From an archaeon (GTDB taxonomy: Archaea; Iainarchaeota; Iainarchaeia; Iainarchaeales; Iainarchaeaceae), in assembly GCA_038046625.1 (NCBI GenBank), contig JBBSVV010000048.1, forward strand, positions 1-16,284: a stretch of DNA of 16,284 nt, in the 5' to 3' direction. Numbering within the stretch: position 1 is the stretch's first letter; each line of letters begins with the position of its first letter. A program made the position numbers and the translations under genes. Positions 9,480-15,720 of the stretch are shown one piece after another. A model generated the notes under the pieces. That model worked only from the letters and a program-made list of their open reading frames with translations. It searched no databases and was not told the DNA's origin.

Positions 9480-9800
9480 ATCGAGCCCTAAAGGACAAAG
9501 ATAGTACTCGTACAACGCAAGCCCGCGTTGGGGGGCACACACCTCTGGCAATGCTGTTCTTACTATCGAACGCCCAAAGGCGACCTTGCAGAATCAAAGA
9601 TTCTGCGAGGCCTCGTACCCTTACGGGTACAAGGAGATAGTACTCGCACGCCGCCTGCCCGCGGCGGTGGAGCGCACGCCTCCCTCGTCCCGTCGGGACG
9701 GGGCCTCGTACCCATTGGGTACAAGGTCGGCAGTGCAGTTCTTGCTATCGAGTCCCGAAGGGACGAAGATAGCAGTCGCACCCAACCGCCGAAACGGTTG
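9474..9800. repeat. Tandem mosaic array of three structured units plus nested hairpin cassettes
   Basis: Units CTTRCTATCGA-[hairpins]-AGATAGYASTCGYAC at 9474-9513, 9559-9649 and 9741-9781, joined by homologous hairpin linkers. CCTCGTACCC..GGGTACAAGG is duplicated at 9611-9634 and 9704-9726. Confidence 0.9.
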
Positions 9801-9802
9801 TG

Positions 9803-10384
9803 TCAGAACCTGTGCCGCGGCCTGAACTCGTGCTCCTTTGCGGGGGGCCTCGCGAAGAGATAATACTTTACGTCGTTGCCCTCGAGCTCCTCGACCACGC
9901 GGCCAACAATCGCCCTGATCGGGTTCGGCATCAAATGAACGCGCTTCTCCAGGTCCTCGAAGGATTCGAATGCGCCCTTTTCGCGCTCCGACACAATCTG
10001 GAGCATGTGCTTTTTCCCCAAGCCAGGCAAGAGCTCGAGCTGGTGCCTCTTTATTGTTATGCTCTGCGCGGCATTGTAAAAGTCAAGGTATTTTTGCTTG
10101 TTGTCGGCAACGATTTTTTCAACCGCCTTTTCGAGCTCGGCAAGCGAATTGCTCGTGAGGTCCTTGAACGCAATCCTTCTCTTTATGAAGTCTATTTTCG
10201 GCCTGTTTTCCTTGCCCACGTAAACCTCTTCCAGCGCCTTCAGGTCGGAATCCTTTTTTGGAATCACTTCAAGAAGAGTGAAGTACTCTGTGCCGATGAG
10301 CTGTGCCAGTGGCTCTGTCTTGTAACCCGAGCTCCTGCCTCGCGGCAGATAATCAAGTACCAGTGCTTTTTCTTCCGCTTTCAT
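9803..10384 (-). CDS. DUF655 putative RNA-binding (OB-fold/HhH) protein
   Basis: LVLDYLPRG, AQLIGTEYFTLLE, HQLELLPGLGKK, FESFEDL..RV and KYYLF. GGTGA SD before ATG 10384. Typical position after rpoF. Confidence 0.92.
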   Translation of the reverse strand: MKAEEKALVLDYLPRGRSSGYKTEPLAQLIGTEYFTLLEVIPKKDSDLKALEEVYVGKENRPKIDFIKRRIAFKDLTSNSLAELEKAVEKIVADNKQKYLDFYNAAQSITIKRHQLELLPGLGKKHMLQIVSEREKGAFESFEDLEKRVHLMPNPIRAIVGRVVEELEGNDVKYYLFARPPAKEHEFRPRHRF

Positions 10385-10425
10385 GTGGGTTTTCACCTTG
10401 AAAAAAATTAGTGGCAAGGGGGAAT

Positions 10426-10761
10426 TTACTTTGCGTACTTCGAAGTGGCTGCAACCACTTGCTCGAGCTTTGCGTTGTCGATGCCCATGTCCTTGCCCGA
10501 GATGAGCCTGGCGGCGTTCACGTCTAGCGGCAGGATATCCACCGCCTTGGTTATGAAATCTTCGCTTAAGCCTTCAATTTCCCTGAGTTCCTTGAGGAGC
10601 TTCTCGCCCTTTGCAGGGGTTATTTTCGAAAACTTTTTCGAGTACTCGAATGCCTGCTGCTGCTCGTAATTGAGTTCGCCGTCCTTGCTCCTTTCGGCAA
10701 GAACCTCATTTACCGCGTAAAGCGGGATGTTTTCCCTTGAAATAACCTGTTTTCCGATCAT
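10426..10761 (-). CDS. rpoF: DNA-directed RNA polymerase subunit Rpo4 (F)
   Basis: MIGKQVIS, ELNYEQQQAFEYSKKFSK and KAVDILP motifs. ATGA overlap with rpl21e. Confidence 0.93.
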   Translation of the reverse strand: MIGKQVISRENIPLYAVNEVLAERSKDGELNYEQQQAFEYSKKFSKITPAKGEKLLKELREIEGLSEDFITKAVDILPLDVNAARLISGKDMGIDNAKLEQVVAATSKYAK

Positions 10762-11096
10762 GCTGCCACCTTTGCCCTTTCGTTTTCTTTTTTTTGCTGC
10801 TGCCCCGTGCCCCTTGAAATGGTGAGGTGCGCAGGATGCACAATAAGTTCAACGGGCTTGTTGCCCTTTGAAACAGCCACCATGAAAGCAACTCCCCTTT
10901 TCCCCGTAACTGTTCCTGTAAACCCTTGATAGCGGGTAGGCGGCATTGCCGAGTGCACTGAACTGTCTATCCTTATGTCCACCTTGCTGCCGATAGGGAT
11001 TTCCTGAAGCATCTTATTTACGGTAACATCGGGGCCCTTTTTCTTCAAAAGGTCCCTGGACTTTTTCCTCGGCCCCTTGGCCTTTTTGCTCGGCAT
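10758..11096 (-). CDS. rpl21e: 50S ribosomal protein eL21
   Basis: KGPRKKSRDLLKK, GSKVDIRIDSSVHSAMP..RYQGFTGTV.GKRG and IVHPAHL. Likely start ATG 11096 (MPSKK). Confidence 0.95.
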   Translation of the reverse strand: MPSKKAKGPRKKSRDLLKKKGPDVTVNKMLQEIPIGSKVDIRIDSSVHSAMPPTRYQGFTGTVTGKRGVAFMVAVSKGNKPVELIVHPAHLTISRGTGQQQKKENERAKVAA

Positions 11097-11159
11097 GAAA
11101 ACAGCTACCCAAATCAATTGAGAATTATACTATTCCCCCCTGAAAACATTTAAATACCT

Positions 11160-11340
11160 GACCACAACGGGCTTTAGCCCACTGGGTCTCTTGATATGCC
11201 GTCAACGGGCAAAGTGTTGACAGAGAGAAAAACGGCCGACAATATTCATTTGTCAACACTTTGAAAGAACACCGAGCAAAAACCTCGCCATAAATGGCGA
11301 GGGGTTCTTTTTGGGTTGCTAAGCAGGAAGCGGGGGCAAC
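11160..11340. repeat. Hairpin cluster, possible non-autonomous IS200/IS605-like remnant
   Basis: GGGC-TTTA-GCCC at 11169-11180, a 13-bp inverted repeat at 11210-11222/11251-11263, CCTCGCCA-TAAA-TGGCGAGG at 11283-11302 and GTTGC..GCAAC at 11315-11340. Confidence 0.6.
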
Positions 11341-11375
11341 AGCCTTAAAAAAGGGGAAAGCGTAAAAGAATTGTA

Positions 11376-11813
11376 ATGGAACCCCGGAACAGAAAAAGGC
11401 TCGGCATAGGAATTGCGGCCCTAATAATTATTGTGACAGCGATTTTCATATTGGGAAACAACCCTCTCGGCACGCCAGGCCAGAACACGAACATCGACTG
11501 CGCCGAGGGTAACTGTACAGGCGCAAATCCGCAGGGCGGCATCCAGGAAACCGGGGCAGATGCCAATGCCGGAAACGGAGCCGGGGAAATAATTGAAAAC
11601 CCCCGAGATTCAATAACAGGGGCAAATGACGGCAGCAGCCCTGGAAATGGAAGCAATTCCGGCGCAAATTCAGGCACACATATTGATCCCGCACAAGCCT
11701 CTGATGAATGCCCGTTCGAGTGCTGCGGCGATGAAGGCGGTTACGCGGAGAAGATTTGCCCCCTAGACAAGGTTTGCAAGAGCAACAAATGCGTTGACCA
11801 GGAAGCCAGTTGA
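11376..11813 (+). CDS. Hypothetical membrane-anchored or secreted protein with G/N-rich linker and Cys-rich C-terminal domain
   Basis: Basic N-terminus followed by a hydrophobic helix (LGIGIAALIIIVTAIFILG), a low-complexity linker, then CPFECC..KICP..KVCKSNKC. Confidence 0.8.
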   Translation: MEPRNRKRLGIGIAALIIIVTAIFILGNNPLGTPGQNTNIDCAEGNCTGANPQGGIQETGADANAGNGAGEIIENPRDSITGANDGSSPGNGSNSGANSGTHIDPAQASDECPFECCGDEGGYAEKICPLDKVCKSNKCVDQEAS

Positions 11814-11870
11814 GCCGCGTTTTTCAGGAATCGGAAAAAAGCTTATATTCCCGCGCGGAGAATTCTTTCC

Positions 11871-12371
11871 ATGGAGAAAAAAAATTCAGGAGGAAAGCCC
11901 GGAACCGCAACCTTTGCGGCGGGGTGCTTCTGGGGAGTTGAATCAGTGTTCATGCAAATCCCGGGAGTAAAGGAAACAAGCGCAGGCTACACCGGCGGCC
12001 ACATGGACAAGCCAACCTATGAAGATGTGTGCACTGACGAAACAGGGCATGCGGAAGCCGTACAAATAAAGTTCAATCCGAAAGAGGTTTATTACGAAAA
12101 ATTGCTGGAGGTTTTTTTCAACAATCACAACCCGACGACAATGAACAGGCAGGGCCCTGATGTCGGCACACGGTACAGGAGCGCGATTTTTTACCACGAT
12201 GAGGGGCAGAAAAAGGCGGCAAAGAAATTCATTCAAAAACTTGAAAAGAAAAAAAAGTTTTCAAAGCCGATAGTGACGCAGGTTGTTCCGGCGCAGGAAT
12301 TCTTCAAGGCCGAGGAGTACCACCAGAAGCACTACCGGAAAAAGGGCATCGAACCAACCTGCCACATCTGA
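11871..12371 (+). CDS. msrA: Peptide-methionine (S)-S-oxide reductase
   Basis: FAAGCFWGVE, PTYEDVC...TGHAE, NRQGPDVG..YRSAIF and AEEYHQ motifs. TATA-like CTTATAT at 11842-11848. Confidence 0.98.
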   Translation: MEKKNSGGKPGTATFAAGCFWGVESVFMQIPGVKETSAGYTGGHMDKPTYEDVCTDETGHAEAVQIKFNPKEVYYEKLLEVFFNNHNPTTMNRQGPDVGTRYRSAIFYHDEGQKKAAKKFIQKLEKKKKFSKPIVTQVVPAQEFFKAEEYHQKHYRKKGIEPTCHI

Positions 12372-12458
12372 CTTCAGGCTTTGTAAACAAGACAAAGGGT
12401 TTATATACCTTTTTAAAGCCTTTAAATATAGTCCTTTTTAAATCGGGGGTAATTTGAG

Positions 12459-13037
12459 ATGAAGTACACCATTGTAAACATTGTGGCTTCCGCCAACTTG
12501 AACGCCACAATTGACTTATACAATTTAGCCATAACAATTCCTAACGTAGAGTATGAGCCGGAACAATTCCCCGGCGCAATCCTGAAGCTCAAGGAACCGA
12601 AGGTCTCGATGCTCCTGTTCAAGAACGGGAAAGTAATCTGCTCGGGCGCGAACTCGGAGGCCCAAATACCATTGGCAATTTACAAGGCCTCGAAAATGAT
12701 TCACGAAATCCAGAAGAATGTAAAGGTTCAGAAGAATGCCGAGTACACTGTTGTGAATCTTGTTACTACCGCAAATCTGAATATGACCCTTGACTTGTTC
12801 AAGACCGCAATGGAATCAGACAACGTTGAATACGAGCCTGAACAGTTCCCGGGCGCGATTTTAAGGATACACGACCCGAAGCTTACATTGCTTTTGTTCA
12901 AGAACGGAAAGCTTATTTGCGCCGGGGCAAAGAACGAGACATTGCTCAAGAAGGGCCTGAAGAAGGCGGCGGAAATGATTCGCGCAATAAACAGCCCGGA
13001 AAAAAGCGCGAAGAAAGCAACTGCAAAGGCAAAGTGA
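12459..13037 (+). CDS. tbp: TATA-box-binding protein
   Basis: Two internal repeats, each of the form VN.V..ANL...NVEYEPEQFPGAIL....PK...LLFKNGK.IC.GA. Confidence 0.97.
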   Translation: MKYTIVNIVASANLNATIDLYNLAITIPNVEYEPEQFPGAILKLKEPKVSMLLFKNGKVICSGANSEAQIPLAIYKASKMIHEIQKNVKVQKNAEYTVVNLVTTANLNMTLDLFKTAMESDNVEYEPEQFPGAILRIHDPKLTLLLFKNGKLICAGAKNETLLKKGLKKAAEMIRAINSPEKSAKKATAKAK

Positions 13038-13057
13038 AGCACGCAGATTAAGCAGAC

Positions 13058-13183
13058 GCAGTTCTTGCTATCGAGTCACGAAGGGACGAAGATAGCAGCC
13101 CTCAACGGTTTGACGAAAGAATATTGCCTTTTTTTCTTGCTGTCAAACCGTTGCCGCCGCGGGCTTGCGGCGCGAAACTGTTG
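13058..13183. repeat. Dispersed copy of the hairpin-module family
   Basis: 13058-13098 matches 9735-9775 at 40/41 nt. 12-bp inverted repeat at 13103-13114/13142-13153. CGCCGC-GGGCTT-GCGGCG at 13155-13172 is an inverted copy of the 9513/9649 module. CGAAACTGTTG at 13173-13183. Confidence 0.9.
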
Positions 13184-13200
13184 AAGGAAGGTTTTTAAAC
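13183..13200 (+). promoter_or_regulatory. BRE/TATA promoter of 5S rRNA
   Basis: GAAGGAAGG-TTTTTAAAC ending about 22 nt upstream of the 5S 5' end. Confidence 0.7.
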
Positions 13201-13221
13201 CATGCAATAAGCAATTAGTAT

Positions 13222-13341
13222 TGATTAGCGGTCATAGCGGCGGGGAAACACCTGGTCTCATTCCGAACCCAGAAGTTAAGCCCGTTAGCGATTTGGTCCA
13301 GCCCTGTTCAACGAATGGAGCTTCCAAGACGCTGCTAATCA
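13222..13341 (+). rRNA. rrf: 5S rRNA (stand-alone)
   Basis: Helix I TGATTAGCGG/CTGCTAATCA and the conserved stretch GGTCATAGCGGCGGGGAAACACCTGGTCTCATTCCGAACCCAGAAGTTAAGCCC. About 120 nt. Confidence 0.95.
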
Positions 13342-13342
13342 C

Positions 13343-13364
13343 TTTTTCTATTTTTTTATTTTCT
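13343..13364 (+). terminator. Oligo-T archaeal terminator of 5S rRNA
   Basis: TTTTTCTATTTTTTTATTTTCT immediately after helix I. Confidence 0.7.
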
Positions 13365-13375
13365 ACCATCGATGT

Positions 13376-14617
13376 TCATGCATATTTCATTTTCTGATTC
13401 GTGCTCTTTAATGAATGCAGAACCAGCTGTTTCATGAAAATCGTGAAATGCACGTCATTCCTGCTTTTGGATAGTTTTGTTAGTTCCATATACTGCTGTA
13501 CAAAACCCGCTGGAAATGTCATGAGCGGGAAGCCGTTCAGCATCAGTGTATGGGCAAATAGGGCGCGGGATGTCCTTGAGTTACCATCTATGAACGGATG
13601 TATTCTCTGGAATTCACTATGAAGATATGCCGCAAAATCTACAATTTCGTGCGGCTTCATTTTTTTCTGTATATTTTGTTTATAGTATTCGAATAAATCT
13701 TCGAGTCTTCGTGGCAAATCTTTCCAGTCAGCAATCCGAAATTCTGGATTTCCTTTTATCGCAACATTCTGTATCCTCAGTTCTCCTGCCCCGGCTTCGA
13801 TCCAATTCATTGCCTTTGCATGAAACGCCAGGATTTTCTGAAAGTTGATGGGGGTTTTGCCCTTGATGAGCATATCTAGGGCCTTCTTGTAATCTGTTGT
13901 TTCCTGCATTTCTTGGAAAGTCCTGTTTTTTGGGGGAATATTTTGTTTTATGAGCCTCGCGGTTTCAGACAAGGTCATTGTATTACCTTCTAGCGACAAG
14001 CTGCGGTGGATAAACCTTACTTCATCATCAATGCTCGTCTGTTTTGGGGATTTTTTGAATTTTCCAAATTCGGAATCCAGTTTGAGGTTCAGGTTTTCCT
14101 CATCCGCGCCTTCAAATATATTTTTGTGGTTTATTCGGGCTTCTCCTTTAAGCAATTCGACGACATTCTTTAGGAAATCTGAGTATACAAGTGTTCCGGA
14201 AAATGGTTTCCGGGACTCTATTAGAAGAAAGCCGTGTTTTGAGAGAAAGCTTGAAATTCTTGCGATTGTTTTGCTGTTAAAATGTTCCCCTGTGGCATGT
14301 TTTTTTTCTAGCCCAATCTTTATGAATTCCAAGGTTTTGTCCAAAAACAACTCATTGTAATCAATCGCATTTCTCACGCAGAAATCAAGTATTCGTATAA
14401 GCTTGATTGATTTTTCAGTTTTTTGTAAAAAGTATTTTTTTTCTTCAACCTTAAGAAAGCCCTCTTCTGCAAGCTGTTTGAGCCGCTTATAAAATGCATC
14501 ATATTCATATGGCGTTTTGCCAAGCTTTTTGAGCAATTCCGAGGCGGCCAAGCCTTCATTTAGAAAAACCGAATAAAGCAGATCGTACTTTGAAACCACG
14601 TTGAAATTTATCACCAA
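13376..14617 (-). CDS. Fic-domain protein with N-terminal winged-helix-like region
   Basis: Fic motif HPFIDGNSRTSR, inhibitory-type motif SLSLEGN and AGELRIQNVAI. The N-terminal ASELLKKLG...AFYKRLKQLAEEGFLKVEEKKY resembles a wHTH. Start TTG 14617 or GTG 14614. Confidence 0.9.
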   Translation of the reverse strand: MVINFNVVSKYDLLYSVFLNEGLAASELLKKLGKTPYEYDAFYKRLKQLAEEGFLKVEEKKYFLQKTEKSIKLIRILDFCVRNAIDYNELFLDKTLEFIKIGLEKKHATGEHFNSKTIARISSFLSKHGFLLIESRKPFSGTLVYSDFLKNVVELLKGEARINHKNIFEGADEENLNLKLDSEFGKFKKSPKQTSIDDEVRFIHRSLSLEGNTMTLSETARLIKQNIPPKNRTFQEMQETTDYKKALDMLIKGKTPINFQKILAFHAKAMNWIEAGAGELRIQNVAIKGNPEFRIADWKDLPRRLEDLFEYYKQNIQKKMKPHEIVDFAAYLHSEFQRIHPFIDGNSRTSRALFAHTLMLNGFPLMTFPAGFVQQYMELTKLSKSRNDVHFTIFMKQLVLHSLKSTNQKMKYA

Positions 14618-14626
14618 AACCTATAA

Positions 14627-14683
14627 AAATAGTACTATTTAGTATCAAAATTCACCAAAAAATAGAAATTTACTACTAAATAG
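14627..14683. promoter_or_regulatory. Palindromic operator-like sites upstream of the Fic gene
   Basis: Perfect 14-bp palindrome AAATAGTACTATTT at 14627-14640 and 10-bp inverted repeat CTATTTAGTA (14635-14644) / TACTAAATAG (14674-14683). Confidence 0.55.
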
Positions 14684-14705
14684 CCCTAAAAATGGGTGTT
14701 TGTAA

Positions 14706-14827
14706 ATGCGAGCGAAGCGGGCCATGGCCCTGCGAAGCAGGGGCAATCGCACCCAACCGACGAATCGAACAGCAAGACAAAAGCAGCGATATTTCTTTTG
14801 CTCGATTCGTTGCAGCCGAAACGGTTG
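14706..14827. repeat. Dispersed copy of the hairpin-module family with nested insert
   Basis: TCGCACCCAACCG (14747-14759) and CCGAAACGGTTG (14816-14827) are identical to 9776-9800 but split by a 56-bp hairpin. GCGAAGC mini-hairpins at 14712 and 14732. Confidence 0.85.
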
Positions 14828-15676
14828 CTAAACCACCGGCGCGAGAAGGAGCAGCGCTATAAAGAGCCCTATTGCCTCAAGCCCGAGGATGAGCCTCAGG
14901 AGGAACTTTTGCAGTGATGATTCGCGCTCGTCAAGGCCGAGTATTACGGGCGCAATTGAAAGATTGGCCTGCACGAAGAAGAAGAAAAGCAGAATCACGT
15001 TCACTATCGCGGGAACAAGGATGCCGAGGAAAAAGAATATTATGAAAACCGCGACCAGGAAAACGAACTTGAGGAGCATGAACACCCTCAAATGCATATT
15101 CTCTGCCCTAAACAGGAACAGCAGCGGAAAAACAACGAGCAGCGAAAAAACAAAGAATATTATGTTGCCGGCCTCGAATCCTCCTGGCACCTTCGAAACG
15201 GATTTTGTGAGCACCACAGCGCACGCAAGATTCTCGTTCTCAGCAGTAAGTTGCGGGCAGCGCGAAATGAATTTTTCGTCAATCTTGCTTTTCGGGAAAA
15301 ACTGCGCAGCTTGTTTGAGCTTGTTTGCCTTTTCGCACAGCACAAAGAACCCGACCTCCTGGTCCGAGTCCCCTGTGTAGGTCATTTTTGTTCCGTCAAG
15401 GTCGGTGTGCCAATTCGGGTTGCTGCTGAATTCTCCGAGCGAAAGGCAAACGTTCCGCGCCTCAACCTGCTCGGCGATGCGCGAAGCGTTTATGGAGTCC
15501 GCAAGTTCCTGCGCGGTTATTGTCTGCTGGTAAGAGGAACTTGATGCGGAAAATCTCTTTACGAGGTCGAGGGATTGCTGCGAAATTTCTTTCGAAAGCG
15601 TGCTGTCTGTTTCGGCGGCATGGGCAAATAATGAAAGCAGCAGGAGCAGCAGAACGGCAAAAAGCGCCTTTTTCAT
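14828..15676 (-). CDS. Hypothetical membrane protein (signal peptide, extracytoplasmic domain, about 4 C-terminal TM helices)
   Basis: MKKALFAVLLLLLLSLFAHA signal peptide, four Cys in the soluble domain, hydrophobic C-terminal third. Confidence 0.8.
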   Translation of the reverse strand: MKKALFAVLLLLLLSLFAHAAETDSTLSKEISQQSLDLVKRFSASSSSYQQTITAQELADSINASRIAEQVEARNVCLSLGEFSSNPNWHTDLDGTKMTYTGDSDQEVGFFVLCEKANKLKQAAQFFPKSKIDEKFISRCPQLTAENENLACAVVLTKSVSKVPGGFEAGNIIFFVFSLLVVFPLLFLFRAENMHLRVFMLLKFVFLVAVFIIFFFLGILVPAIVNVILLFFFFVQANLSIAPVILGLDERESSLQKFLLRLILGLEAIGLFIALLLLAPVV

Positions 15677-15720
15677 GCCAATATAGTCTTTTTTGCATTA
15701 TTTAAATTTTGGTTTGTGGC

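Noticed and set aside
9743..9774. Kink-turn or C/D box in module A (GA/GAA internal loop)
   Set aside because: It lacks the 3-nt bulge and the RUGAUGA/CUGA boxes.
9474..9800. CRISPR array
   Set aside because: The units are variable-length hairpins, the intervening sequences are homologous to each other rather than unique spacers, and no cas genes are present.
9474..9800. SRP RNA, RNase P RNA or tRNA
   Set aside because: I found no SRP helix 8 motif, no GAGGAAAGTCC and no tRNA T-arm or cloverleaf on either strand. The internal repetition and dispersed copies argue against a single-copy housekeeping RNA. An Rfam scan was not run.
9528..9863. ORFs 9528-9863 (+), 9563-9781 (-) and 9586-9825 (+)
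   Set aside because: They lie in GC-rich palindromic repeats, have no protein-like motifs and are probably chance open frames.
9800..10411. 203-aa plus-strand ORF
   Set aside because: Antisense shadow of the well-supported DUF655 gene.
12459..12960. Internal direct repeat in tbp as a duplication or diversity-generating template
   Set aside because: This is the normal two-fold repeat architecture of TBP.
14696..14917. 73-aa plus-strand ORF as a Fic antitoxin
   Set aside because: It runs through repeat modules, overlaps the convergent membrane protein gene and lies on the opposite strand from Fic. The Fic protein already carries its own inhibitory motif.
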